A stretch of 64,000 nucleotides of DNA. Origin: an uncultured Actinomycetes bacterium (GTDB lineage Bacteria > Actinomycetota > Thermoleophilia > UBA2241). Each line of letters opens with the position of its first letter. The first letter of the stretch is position 1. Under the pieces are notes generated by a model. The model had not been told where the DNA came from. It saw only the letters and a list, made by a program, of their open reading frames with translations, and ran no database searches. The position numbers and the translations under genes were made by a program. Shown one piece after another: positions 47,828-57,429 of the stretch. The DNA lies in the NCBI GenBank assembly GCA_963767005.1, contig CAVYCN010000003.1, forward strand, positions 384,001-448,000. Direction: 5' to 3'.

Positions 47828-49633
47828 ATGACACCTGCGCTGATCGAGCGACTGGCGGCCGTGCCCGAGGTCTTCGTCGACGCCCGCTCCTGGTCTTTCT
47901 CGCCCGACGGGCGCACACTGGCCTTCACCTGGCGGCGCGACGGCAACTGGCACGTCTATCTCGCCGACCTGCCCGACGGGGAGCCGCGCCGGATCGAGTC
48001 GTTCGACGACGCCTGCGTGAGCCCGCTCTTCTCAGCCGACGGGCAGTGGCTGTACTTCGCGCGCGACGACCGCGGCACCGAGTGTCTCGACGTCTACCGC
48101 TACGGCCTGGCCGACGGCAGCCTGGTCAACCTGCTGCCCGACACTCCCTCGCTCGCCCCGGCGCCCGACTTCGGCCTGTCGCCGGACGGCCGCACGCTGG
48201 CCCTGTCGATCAACCACGGCCAGAGCCAGACGGCGGCCGTCATGCCGGTCGACGGCGGCGCCGCCGGTCTGCGCCTGCTGACCGACCACTGGTACAACGA
48301 CTGGTCGCCGAGCTTCTCGCCCGACGGCCGCCTGCTCGCCTTCGCGAGCGACACGCACGGCCAGGACTCGGCCGTGTTCATCACCGGCCTCGACGGCGGC
48401 GAGCTGCAGGCGATCGGCGGCGAGAGCGCCATGCTGCAGGCCCGCGAACCGGCCTGGTCGCCGGACGGACGCCTGCTCGCCTTCTGCGGCGGGCCGGGCG
48501 AGCACGAGGCGATCGGCCTCTTCGACGTCGCCGCCGGCCTCACGAGGTGGGTCTGGAGCGGCGAGGGCAACGCCCACGCCGCGGTCTGGTCGCCCGACGG
48601 GCGGGCGCTCGTGTTCGTGGTCGACGAGGGCCCCGAGAGCTCGCTGCGCCACCTCGTCGTGGCGGACGGCGCCGTGCGCACCATCGACATCGGTCCCGGC
48701 AATCACTACCGGCCGGGCTTCACGCCCGACGGCACCGGCCTGATCTGCGCCCACAGCGGCCCCGGCAGTCCGACCGACCTCTTCCTCATCGACCTCGCCT
48801 CGGGCGCCGCCCGCCGCCTCACCGACTCGCTGCCGGCCGACCTGCACGAGCACCGCTTCGTCTCGGGCGTCCCGGCCGTCTGGACGAGCCGTGACCGGCT
48901 GGCCGAGGTGCCGGGGCTCTTCTGCGCGGCGCCGCGGCCGAGCGGCGCCGGGGTCGTGATCATCCACGGCGGGCCGACCTGGCACCACAGCAACGAGTGG
49001 GATCCACTGCGCCAGGCGCTGCTCGACGCCGGCTGTCACGTCGTGCACCCCAACTACCGCGGCAGCGACGGCTACACGAGGCGCTGGCAGCTCGCCAACC
49101 GCTACCTGCTCGGCCAGGGTGAGGCGCAGGACTGCGCCGCCGCCGTCGACTTTCTCGTCGCCCGCGGCTGCGACCCCGCGCGCATCGCCGTGACCGGCCG
49201 CAGCCACGGCGGCTACCTGACCATGCACATGATCACGCAGTTCCCCGAGCTCTGGGCCTGCGGCGTGGCCGGCGTGCCGTTCTTCGACCACATCGATGCC
49301 CAGGTCGATCCGGCCGTCCGCGACGACCTGGTCTGGTGGGACGTCGAGAACTGCGGCGACATCGTCGCCGACCGCGCCCGGCTCGAGTACTTCTCGCCGA
49401 TCAACCACCTCGACCGGGTCAAGGCGCCGCTCCTGATCCTGGCCGCCGCCTGCGACCCGCGCTGCCCCACCCGGCAGGTCGACACTGTGGTCGAGCGCGT
49501 GCGCGCCGCCGGCGCGCCGTGCGAGGCCGTCATCTATCCCGACGAGGGTCACGAGATCAGCGGCCTCGAGCATCGCATCGACTACGAGCGGCGCACCGTC
49601 GGCTTCATTCTCGACCACGTCGGACGCGCCTAG
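47828..49633 (+). CDS. S9-family peptidase with TolB/PD40 beta-propeller
   Basis: Repeated SPDGR..AF motifs; IHGGP, PNYRGS, GRSHGG nucleophile, DPRC, EGH. Confidence 0.92.
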   Translation: MTPALIERLAAVPEVFVDARSWSFSPDGRTLAFTWRRDGNWHVYLADLPDGEPRRIESFDDACVSPLFSADGQWLYFARDDRGTECLDVYRYGLADGSLVNLLPDTPSLAPAPDFGLSPDGRTLALSINHGQSQTAAVMPVDGGAAGLRLLTDHWYNDWSPSFSPDGRLLAFASDTHGQDSAVFITGLDGGELQAIGGESAMLQAREPAWSPDGRLLAFCGGPGEHEAIGLFDVAAGLTRWVWSGEGNAHAAVWSPDGRALVFVVDEGPESSLRHLVVADGAVRTIDIGPGNHYRPGFTPDGTGLICAHSGPGSPTDLFLIDLASGAARRLTDSLPADLHEHRFVSGVPAVWTSRDRLAEVPGLFCAAPRPSGAGVVIIHGGPTWHHSNEWDPLRQALLDAGCHVVHPNYRGSDGYTRRWQLANRYLLGQGEAQDCAAAVDFLVARGCDPARIAVTGRSHGGYLTMHMITQFPELWACGVAGVPFFDHIDAQVDPAVRDDLVWWDVENCGDIVADRARLEYFSPINHLDRVKAPLLILAAACDPRCPTRQVDTVVERVRAAGAPCEAVIYPDEGHEISGLEHRIDYERRTVGFILDHVGRA

Positions 49634-49845
49634 TCCGTCGATCGACTTCGTCGTCGCCGCTCAGGCTGGCGTGACTGCGTCGCGCGGCTAGTCGGAACGC
49701 CTGACGGCGCGCGACGGCCGCGCCGCCGGGCGAGCCGCAGCCGCCCGGCAAACACCGTTAGGCCGGGCCACCCCGGGAACATGCCCAAGGGTCAGCTGGG
49801 CGCGCCGCGGCGCGCCCCGTGATCCAGACGTCCGGGAGGTCGACC

Positions 49846-50253
49846 ATGAGTCGTTCGGACACAGAGAGCGAGATCCGCGAAGCGCTCGGTCGGGTGCCGT
49901 CGTTCTTCGCGAGCATGCCGGACTCGACGCTCGAGAACGAGTGGAACGAGTTCAAGGTGTTCCAGATGACGGACACCGAGCTCACCGTACGCGAGAAGCA
50001 GCTCATCGGCTACGCCGTGGCCGCCGCCATCCACTGCCCCTATTGCACCTATTTCCACGAGAGCGTGACCAGGATGTTCGGCGCGAGCGACGCGCAGCTC
50101 GAGGAGGCCAACCGCATGGCCGCCGAGACCTCGAAGTACAGCTCCTACCTGCACGGCCTGCAGATCCCGCTCGACGAGTTCAAGCGCGAGTCCGACGAGA
50201 TCGGCCGCTACGCCCAGGAGCACATGCCGCAGAGCGAGAGCAAGGCGGCCTGA
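49846..50253 (+). CDS. Carboxymuconolactone decarboxylase / AhpD-like protein
   Basis: REKQLIGYAVAAAIHCPYCTYFH...GAS; GGGAGG SD. Confidence 0.9.
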   Translation: MSRSDTESEIREALGRVPSFFASMPDSTLENEWNEFKVFQMTDTELTVREKQLIGYAVAAAIHCPYCTYFHESVTRMFGASDAQLEEANRMAAETSKYSSYLHGLQIPLDEFKRESDEIGRYAQEHMPQSESKAA

Positions 50254-50294
50254 CCGCCCGCTCCCGACCTCGCGGGCCGCGGCCCGGGCAAGCG

Positions 50295-50333
50295 GCGGCG
50301 GGGGCGGCGCGCGCAGCGCGCCGCCCCCGCCGC
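50295..50333 (+). terminator. GC-rich stem-loop after the AhpD-like gene
   Basis: 18-bp stem GCGGCGGGGGCGGCGCGC-GCA-GCGCGCCGCCCCCGCCGC. Confidence 0.5.
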
Positions 50334-50462
50334 GCCGTTCGAGGCGCTCACGCCAGAGACGCTCCTCGTCTGGGCGACGTCGCGCTCACCGATGAGCCTT
50401 GCCGCCAAACTGGCGCTGCAGTGCCGGCCGAAGACCATCCGACGTTTGCGGTCTCCGCGGTA

Positions 50463-50494
50463 TGACGTACACTTGTGATGACCACTGTACGTCA
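50463..50494 (+). promoter_or_regulatory. Palindromic operator upstream of the TA operon
   Basis: TGACGTACA-N14-TGTACGTCA immediately before the AGGAGG SD. Confidence 0.65.
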
Positions 50495-50505
50495 GGAGGC
50501 GGGGC

Positions 50506-50748
50506 ATGAACACCAAGCTGACCCTGCGTCTCGACGACGAGCTCATTCACGGGGCCAAGCGCTACGCGCATGAGTCCGGCAAGTCGCTATCACAACTCGT
50601 CGCCGACTACTTCGCCGTCATCGCCGCCGGCAAGCCAGGAACGACATCCGAGATGGGCCCTCGCGTCCGTTCGCTCGCGGGAGCGCTCAAGGGGGCGACG
50701 CTGAGCGAAGACGACTACCGTCGCCACCTCGAAGAGAAGTACCGGTGA
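50506..50748 (+). CDS. RHH-type antitoxin (DUF6364-like)
   Basis: MNTKLTLRLD...AKRYA...GKSLSQLV.DYF...HLEEKY. Confidence 0.88.
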   Translation: MNTKLTLRLDDELIHGAKRYAHESGKSLSQLVADYFAVIAAGKPGTTSEMGPRVRSLAGALKGATLSEDDYRRHLEEKYR

Positions 50749-51167
50749 ACGTGCTCTTCGATACCAACGTGGTGCTCGACGTGCTCATCGGTCGCGAGCC
50801 CCACTTCGAGACCGGCGTCCGCCTGTTCGCCGCCGTCGACCAGGGCCGGCTCAACGGAACGATCTGCGCGACCACCGCCACGACTGTCCACTACATCGCC
50901 GCCAAGACGCTTGGTGCCAAGCAAGCGAAGACGCTGGTACGCGAACTGCTCGCGCTGTTCGGCGTCGCGCCCGTCGACGCCGAGGTGCTCCGGCGCGCGC
51001 TCGGCTTCGCCTTCGCCGAGTTCGAAGACGCCGTCGTCCACGAAGCGGCGCGGGCGGGCGGCATGAGCGCCATCGTCACCCGCGATACCAAGGGCTTCGC
51101 TCGGGCCAGCCTTCCGGTCTACGAGCCCGGCGAGCTGCTCGCCGCGCTCGAGGCCACAGGCGCATAG
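50745..51167 (+). CDS. PIN-domain toxin (VapC-like)
   Basis: VLFDTNVVLD, FEDAV, IVTRD; GTGA overlap with the antitoxin. Confidence 0.9.
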   Translation: MNVLFDTNVVLDVLIGREPHFETGVRLFAAVDQGRLNGTICATTATTVHYIAAKTLGAKQAKTLVRELLALFGVAPVDAEVLRRALGFAFAEFEDAVVHEAARAGGMSAIVTRDTKGFARASLPVYEPGELLAALEATGA

Positions 51168-51300
51168 AGCCACTCGTCCGCGCGCCCCCGCTTCAATCCC
51201 GATCACGACCACCCGCCCAGAGCGATCGGAGGGCTCGTCGAGCCAAAATCCGTTGGACTCCCCGACGCGGTTCAGGTAGCGTTATCACGTGAGCAGGTCC

Positions 51301-51555
51301 ATGGACGTCCGTGTCTACATCACCCCCAAGCAGGGCATCCTCGACCCCCAGGGCGTGGCCATCGAGCGGTCGCTGCCGGCCCTCGGGTTCGATGGCGTGA
51401 GCGGCGTCCGCGTGGGCAAGTTCATCGAGCTGCAGGTGGTGTTGCCCGACGCTACCTCGGTCGACGCGGGGCGCGCCGAGGTCGACGAGATGTGCCGCAA
51501 GCTGCTCGCCAACCCGATCATCGAGGATTACACCTTCACCGTCGACGAAGCGTGA
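51301..51555 (+). CDS. purS: FGAM synthase subunit PurS
   Basis: K.GILDPQG, VRVGKFIEL, MCRKLLANPIIEDY; alternative GTG start at 51289. Confidence 0.96.
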   Translation: MDVRVYITPKQGILDPQGVAIERSLPALGFDGVSGVRVGKFIELQVVLPDATSVDAGRAEVDEMCRKLLANPIIEDYTFTVDEA

Positions 51556-51604
51556 ACCCCGCCGCCTCGTCCCCCGTCCCCGGCCCTCGCGCCAGAGCCC
51601 TATC

Positions 51605-52357
51605 GTGAGCGCCGCTCGTCCCGTGCGCGTCGGGGTCATCGTCTTTCCCGGTATCAACACCGACCACGACACCTGGCACGCCGTCACCACCTTCGCCGGG
51701 GCCGAGCCGGTCTGGCTGTGGCACAAGGATACCGACCTGCACGACGTCGACGCCGTCATCATCCCGGGCGGCTTCTCCTACGGCGACTACCTGCGCTGCG
51801 GGGCGATCGCGCGCTTCAGCCCGATCATGGCCGCGATCGCCGACTTCGCCGCCGCCGGCGGCTACGTCATGGGCATCTGCAACGGCTTCCAGATCCTGAC
51901 CGAGGCCCATCTGTTGCCCGGCGCGCTCATCCGCAACATCGGCCTCAAGTTCGTCTGCCGCTACGTCGACCTGCGCGTCGAGAACGCCGGCACGCCCTTC
52001 ACCCAGGCGGCCGACCCCGGCGACGTTCTGCGCGTCGTCGTCAAGCACAACGAGGGCAACTACCGGGTCGACCCCGCCACGCTCGCGCGCATGCGCGACA
52101 ACGGTCAGGTCGTGCTGCGCTACTGCCGGCCCGACGGCACCGAGGCCGGTGCGGCGGCGGCCGGCACGATCGGCGGCTCGAGCCCCAACGGCGCGCTCGA
52201 CGACATCGCCGGCGTCTGCAACGAGGACTTCAACGTGTTCGGTCTCATGCCCCATCCCGAGAACTCGGTCGAGGCCGGCCTCGCCGGCGGCACCGACGGC
52301 CGCGTGTTCTTCCGCTCGATCGTCGACAGCGTGCGCGACCGGCTGGTGCTCCGATGA
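51605..52357 (+). CDS. purQ: FGAM synthase glutaminase subunit
   Basis: FPG, PGGFSYGDYLR, GICNGFQIL, PNG, MPHPE. Confidence 0.97.
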   Translation: MSAARPVRVGVIVFPGINTDHDTWHAVTTFAGAEPVWLWHKDTDLHDVDAVIIPGGFSYGDYLRCGAIARFSPIMAAIADFAAAGGYVMGICNGFQILTEAHLLPGALIRNIGLKFVCRYVDLRVENAGTPFTQAADPGDVLRVVVKHNEGNYRVDPATLARMRDNGQVVLRYCRPDGTEAGAAAAGTIGGSSPNGALDDIAGVCNEDFNVFGLMPHPENSVEAGLAGGTDGRVFFRSIVDSVRDRLVLR

Positions 52358-54630
52358 CCGCGGTCGAGCAGCGCCGGGCAAGCGTCGAGGCGGCCGTCAA
52401 GCTCGGCCTCACGCCCGACGAGTTCGACCATATCTGTCGCATCCAGGAGCGCGAGCCGACCTACGTCGAGCTCGCCATCTACTCGCTCATGTGGAGCGAG
52501 CACTGCAGCTACAAGCACTCGCGGCCGATCCTCGGCCGTTTCCCCACGAGCAGTCCCCGCATCCTGCAGGGGCCCGGCGAGAACGCCGGCATCATCGACG
52601 TCGGCGACGGCTGGGCCGTGGCCATGAAGGTCGAGAGCCACAACCACCCGAGCGCGGTCGAACCGTTCCAGGGCGCGGCCACCGGCGTCGGCGGCATCGT
52701 GCGCGACATCTTCACCATGGGCGCCCGGCCCTGCGTGTCGCTCGACTCGCTGCGCTTCGGCGAGATCGACGGCGCCGAGAACGCCCGGCAGCGCTTCCTG
52801 TTCGACGGCGTCGTCGGCGGCATCGGCTTCTACGGCAACTGCCTCGGCATCCCCACGGTGGGCGGCGAGGTCTACTTCGAGGACACCTACGCCGGCAACT
52901 GCCTGGTCAACGCCATGTCGGCCGGCCTGCTGCGCACCGACCAGATCGTGCGCGCCATCGCGAGCGGTCCCGGCAACCACGTCGTGCTGATCGGCTCCAG
53001 GACCGGCCGCGACGGCATCGGCGGCGCCTCGGTGCTCGCTAGCCAGGAGTTCGACGAGACCCTCGAAGAGAAGCGCCCGAGCGTCCAGGTCGGCGACCCG
53101 TTCACCGAGAAGAAGCTGATCGAGGCCTGCCTCGAGCTGCTCCACCGCGGTCTCGTCGTGAGCATGCAGGACCTCGGCGCCGCCGGTCTCACCTCGTCGT
53201 CGTCCGAGATGGCCAGCAAGGGCCACGTGGGGCTCGACATCCATGCCGACCGCGTGCCGCTGCGCGAGGCCGACATGGAGCCCTGGGAGATCATGATCTC
53301 CGAGAGCCAGGAGCGCATGCTGTCGATCGTCGACCCCGTCCGCCTGCCCGACGTGCGCGAGGTCTGCGAGCGCTGGGACCTCGACTGCACGGTGATCGGC
53401 GAGGTCACCGACTCGAAGATGCTGCGCATCTACTGGCACGGCAAGCGCGTCGCCGACATCCCGGCGCGCCGCCTGGCCGACGAGTCGCCCGTCATCCGCA
53501 CGCCCTCGTTCAAGCCGGCCTACCTCGCCTCCGAGCCGCTCGCCGTCACCGACGCCGCCTACCCGGCGCCGGCCGACCTCGGCGCCGCGCTGCTCGAGCT
53601 GCTGGCCGCGCCCAACATCGCCAGCAAGCGCTGCGCCTACGAGCAGTACGACTACATCGTGCAGGCCAACACCGTGCAGATCCCGGGCTCCGACGCGGCG
53701 GTGCTGCGCATCAAGGGCACCTCCCGCGGCATCGCCTTCGTCAACGACTGCAACGGGCGTCACTGCTACCTCGACCCGTACCGCGGCGCCAAGGCCGCCG
53801 TGGCCGAAGCCGCGCGCAACCTGAGCTGCGTGGGCGCCCTGCCGGTGGCCGTCACCGACTGCCTCAACTTCGGCAACCCCGAAAAGGGCGACATCTACTG
53901 GACCTTCGAGCAGGCGGTCGAGGGCATGGCCGAAGCCTGCGAGGCGCTCGACACGCCGGTCGTGTCGGGCAACGTGAGCTTCTACAACGAGAGCTTCGGC
54001 AACGCCATCTACCCCACGCCCATGGTCGGCATGCTCGGCCTGTTCGACGACGTCACGCGCCACTGCGACGGCCGCTTCAAAGCGGCCGGGGACCTCGTCT
54101 ATCTGCTCGGCCCGACCGCCGGCGGCTGGCTCGACGGTTCCGAATTCCAGAAGGTCCACTACGGCCGCGTCGAAGGCCGCGTGCCCGACGTCGATCTCGA
54201 GCTCGAAAAGGAGCTCCAGCACGTGCTGCGCGAGGGCATCGCCCAGGGCCTCATTCACAGCGCCCACGACTGCGCCGAGGGCGGCCTGGCCGTCGCCCTG
54301 GCCGAGTGCTGCATCGCCAGCGGCGTCGAGGGCGGCGCGCTGACGGCGGCTCCGCCGCCGGCGCTCGGCGCCGCCCTCGCCCTGCCGGCCGGCGCGCCGC
54401 GTCCCGACCTCGCCCTGTTCGGCGAGGGGCCGTCGCGGGTCGTGGTCACCTGCGCCGCGGCCGACGCCGCCGCGCTCGCCGGCCTCGCCGGCGGGCTGCC
54501 GCTCACGGCGCTCGGCACGGTCGGCGGCGACCGCCTGCGCATCGACTCAGACGGCGGCGACGCGGCCATCGACCTGCCGGTCGCCGACCTGCACAAGGCC
54601 TACGAGTCGCTCCCCGAGCGACTCGCCTGA
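52354..54630 (+). CDS. purL: FGAM synthase subunit PurL (small form)
   Basis: MWSEHCSYK, KVESHNHPS, GAATGVGGI, QDLGAAG, SESQERM, CLNFGNP, VSGNVSFYN. Confidence 0.98.
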   Translation: MTAVEQRRASVEAAVKLGLTPDEFDHICRIQEREPTYVELAIYSLMWSEHCSYKHSRPILGRFPTSSPRILQGPGENAGIIDVGDGWAVAMKVESHNHPSAVEPFQGAATGVGGIVRDIFTMGARPCVSLDSLRFGEIDGAENARQRFLFDGVVGGIGFYGNCLGIPTVGGEVYFEDTYAGNCLVNAMSAGLLRTDQIVRAIASGPGNHVVLIGSRTGRDGIGGASVLASQEFDETLEEKRPSVQVGDPFTEKKLIEACLELLHRGLVVSMQDLGAAGLTSSSSEMASKGHVGLDIHADRVPLREADMEPWEIMISESQERMLSIVDPVRLPDVREVCERWDLDCTVIGEVTDSKMLRIYWHGKRVADIPARRLADESPVIRTPSFKPAYLASEPLAVTDAAYPAPADLGAALLELLAAPNIASKRCAYEQYDYIVQANTVQIPGSDAAVLRIKGTSRGIAFVNDCNGRHCYLDPYRGAKAAVAEAARNLSCVGALPVAVTDCLNFGNPEKGDIYWTFEQAVEGMAEACEALDTPVVSGNVSFYNESFGNAIYPTPMVGMLGLFDDVTRHCDGRFKAAGDLVYLLGPTAGGWLDGSEFQKVHYGRVEGRVPDVDLELEKELQHVLREGIAQGLIHSAHDCAEGGLAVALAECCIASGVEGGALTAAPPPALGAALALPAGAPRPDLALFGEGPSRVVVTCAAADAAALAGLAGGLPLTALGTVGGDRLRIDSDGGDAAIDLPVADLHKAYESLPERLA

Positions 54631-54637
54631 GCCCCCC

Positions 54638-56086
54638 GTGCGCGCCGATCGACCGCGCGATTGCTGTGGTGTCTTCGGCATCTTCGCGCCCGGCCGCGAC
54701 GTCGCCCGTCTCACCTTCTTCGGCCTGTACGCCCTGCAGCACCGCGGCCAGGAGAGCGCCGGCATCGCCGTCGCCGACGAAGGCCAGATCACGGTCGTCA
54801 AGGACATGGGCCTCGTCTCGCAGGTCTTCGACGAGAAGGTCCTGGCCGGCCTGACCGGCTCGCACGCGATCGGCCACGTGCGCTACTCCACGACCGGCGC
54901 CACCGCCTGGCAGAACTCGCAACCGCTCACCCGCTCGCGTGGCGAGCACACGATCGCGCTGGCCCACAACGGCAACCTCGTGAACACGACCGAGCTCCGC
55001 GACGAGCTCCACGGCCAGGGCATCGACTTTCGCTCCGGCACCGACACCGAGGTGATCACGGCACTCATCGCCCAGCACGCCTCGAACGACCTGCTGGGCT
55101 CCGTCCGCGAGGCGGTGAGCCGCATCCGCGGGGCCTTCTCCGCGGCCGTGCTCACCGGCAAGAAGGTCGTCGGCTTTCGCGATCCTTACGGCGTAAGGCC
55201 GCTCTGCCTGGGCGACTTCGAGGGCAACCCCGTGATCTCGAGCGAGTCCTGCGCCCTCGACATCATCGGCGCCGAGTTCGTGCGCGAGATCGAGCCCGGC
55301 GAGATCGTCTGGACCCAGGGCGACGGCCAGGTGCGCAGCACCCGCGTCGAGCTGCCCGGCGCCCGGCCGGCCATGTGCATCTTCGAGTTCATCTACTTCG
55401 CGCGGCCCGACTCGCGCCTCTACGGCCGCACGCTGGCCGACTGCCGCTTCGAGATGGGGCGCCACCTCGCCATGGAGGCGCCGGTCGAAGCCGACTACGT
55501 CATCCCCGTGCCCGACACCGGCATCTCGGCGGCCATCGGCTACGCACGCGAGAGCGGCATCCCCTACTCCGAGGGGCTCATGAAGAACCGCTACGTGCAC
55601 CGCACGTTCATCCAGCCCGACGACCACCTGCGCCAGCTCGGCATCCGCATGAAGCTCAACCCGATCCGCGCCGTCATCGAGGGCAAGCGCCTCGTCGTGG
55701 TCGACGACTCGATCGTGCGCGGCAACACCACCCGCAAGCTCGTCGAGATGCTCTACCACGCCGGCGCCCGCGAGGTGCACCTGCGCATCAGCTCGCCGCC
55801 CATCCGGTTCCCCTGCTTCTACGGCATCGACATGGCGACGCGCGACGAGCTGATCGCCGCTCGCCAGAGCGTCGACGGCGTGCGCGACCACGTCCGCGCG
55901 ACCTCATTGCACTACCTCACCCTCGAGGGCCTGCAGGAGTCGACCGGCCTGCCGCGCGAGCGCTTCTGCCGGGCCTGCTTCGACGGCGACTACCCGATCG
56001 CGGTGCCCGAGGAGCTCGCCATGTGCAAGATGCGCTTCGAGGGCGGCGGCAACTGTCACCCCTCGGCGCCCGGCCCCGAAGGCTGA
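54638..56086 (+). CDS. purF: Amidophosphoribosyltransferase (propeptide and Fe-S type)
   Basis: |CGVFG, LQHRGQESAG, GHVRYST, CIFEFIYFARPDS, VDDSIVRGNT, PCFYGID, CRACF. Confidence 0.98.
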   Translation: MRADRPRDCCGVFGIFAPGRDVARLTFFGLYALQHRGQESAGIAVADEGQITVVKDMGLVSQVFDEKVLAGLTGSHAIGHVRYSTTGATAWQNSQPLTRSRGEHTIALAHNGNLVNTTELRDELHGQGIDFRSGTDTEVITALIAQHASNDLLGSVREAVSRIRGAFSAAVLTGKKVVGFRDPYGVRPLCLGDFEGNPVISSESCALDIIGAEFVREIEPGEIVWTQGDGQVRSTRVELPGARPAMCIFEFIYFARPDSRLYGRTLADCRFEMGRHLAMEAPVEADYVIPVPDTGISAAIGYARESGIPYSEGLMKNRYVHRTFIQPDDHLRQLGIRMKLNPIRAVIEGKRLVVVDDSIVRGNTTRKLVEMLYHAGAREVHLRISSPPIRFPCFYGIDMATRDELIAARQSVDGVRDHVRATSLHYLTLEGLQESTGLPRERFCRACFDGDYPIAVPEELAMCKMRFEGGGNCHPSAPGPEG

Positions 56087-56120
56087 CGGGTCGGCGTAGC
56101 GGACAACCAGGGACGCGATC

Positions 56121-56480
56121 GTGCAACCCCCGCCCCCAGACACCGACCGGGGCGGCAAGGCTGCGTACTGGCTCACCGCTCAGCGATCGCCCATCCGCAC
56201 GGAGTTCGGACCCATCGTCGCGACAGGAGTCGTGACGCTCGCGGCCGGCGCCGTCGCGTTTCTCGCCCTCGCCACCCGCCACGGCTCGGGCGCCCTGCTG
56301 ATCATCGAGTTCGTCGCCGCCTTCGTCTGCCTCGGCGCCGCCATCGGTCTGTTCGGTTTCGGTATCGCCGCGACGCTCCGCCGCGGCGCCTGGCTCATCC
56401 TCGCTCTCGGCGTCGTCTTCACGCCGCTCGTCTACTTCGTGTGGGCGCTCTACCGCCTGCGCACCGACGCACGGGAGTGA
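56121..56480 (+). CDS. Hypothetical three-TM membrane protein
   Basis: Three hydrophobic segments; GC3 bias. Confidence 0.55.
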   Translation: MQPPPPDTDRGGKAAYWLTAQRSPIRTEFGPIVATGVVTLAAGAVAFLALATRHGSGALLIIEFVAAFVCLGAAIGLFGFGIAATLRRGAWLILALGVVFTPLVYFVWALYRLRTDARE

Positions 56481-56487
56481 GGAGAGA

Positions 56488-57348
56488 CTAGACGACGGCG
56501 CGGTGGCCCTCGACGCGCAGCCGCTTGCGACGCTCGCGCCAGTCGGGCAGCACCGCTTCGACGCGGCGCCAGAAGGCCGGTCGGTGATTGAGCTCGCGCA
56601 GATGGCAGAGCTCGTGGACGACGACGTAGTCGAGCAGCGCCGGGTCGAGCAGCACGAGGCCCCAGTGGAGGCTCACCCGGCCCTTCGCCGAGCAACTCCC
56701 CCAGCGGCTGCGCATGTCCTTGACGGTGAACGGCGGCGGCGCGACACCGACGACCGCCGCGAAGTGCGCGACGCGCGCTCCCAGTACGGCCCCGGCGCGC
56801 CGCCGATACCAGACGCGGAAGTGCTCGGCGGCGTCGGCGCGCGCGCCCTCGAGCAACTCGAAGCGACCATCCCGCAGACGGAGCGGCTCGTCCGTGCCCC
56901 CGTCGCCGTGGTCGACGGCCGTACCGTCCCGCTCGACGGCCGTACCGTCCCGCTCGACGGCCGCCACGTCGAACGCAAGCTGGCCGTCGTCGCGCGCGCC
57001 CACGGAGGCCGAGCCCGGGACGCCCGTCGGCACGAGATGCGCCTCCCCGACGACGACGAGCTCGTGCTCGACCCCCAGGTAGGGGAACCGCTCGCCGGCC
57101 TCGTAGCGGTGCGGCGGAAGCTGGGCGAGCGCGCTGCGCTCGCCCAGCTTCCGCCGCACCCAGGCGAGCTTGCCGCGCACGGCGGCCTCGGCCGCGCGCC
57201 GCGAGCAGCGGGCCGGCAGGGCCACGACCGGCGGTCCCTCGCGCGGGATCGTGATGCCGATCGTGCGGCGCCGGGCGCTGCGGCGCAGAGCGAACGTCAC
57301 CTCGGCGACTGTCAGGGTGTCGCGGGTCTCACGGGGGGCGGGCATCAT
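56488..57348 (-). CDS. YgjP/DUF45-like M48 metal-dependent hydrolase
   Basis: RRSARRRTIG, GERFPYLG, MRSRWGSCS, DYVVVHELCHL...NH...FW. Confidence 0.9.
   Translation of the reverse strand: MMPAPRETRDTLTVAEVTFALRRSARRRTIGITIPREGPPVVALPARCSRRAAEAAVRGKLAWVRRKLGERSALAQLPPHRYEAGERFPYLGVEHELVVVGEAHLVPTGVPGSASVGARDDGQLAFDVAAVERDGTAVERDGTAVDHGDGGTDEPLRLRDGRFELLEGARADAAEHFRVWYRRRAGAVLGARVAHFAAVVGVAPPPFTVKDMRSRWGSCSAKGRVSLHWGLVLLDPALLDYVVVHELCHLRELNHRPAFWRRVEAVLPDWRERRKRLRVEGHRAVV
56912..56963. repeat. 21-bp in-frame tandem repeat (about 2.5 copies)
   Basis: TCGACGGCCGTACCGTCCCGC twice plus a partial copy; encodes AVERDGT repeats in the M48 gene. Confidence 0.85.
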
Positions 57349-57429
57349 CACTGTGCCGTAGAATAGCGGGCACGAGCGGCGCGGCACCATCCGCGACCTG
57401 CTCGTTCGGGGTCGACCAGGCGGAGGGTC

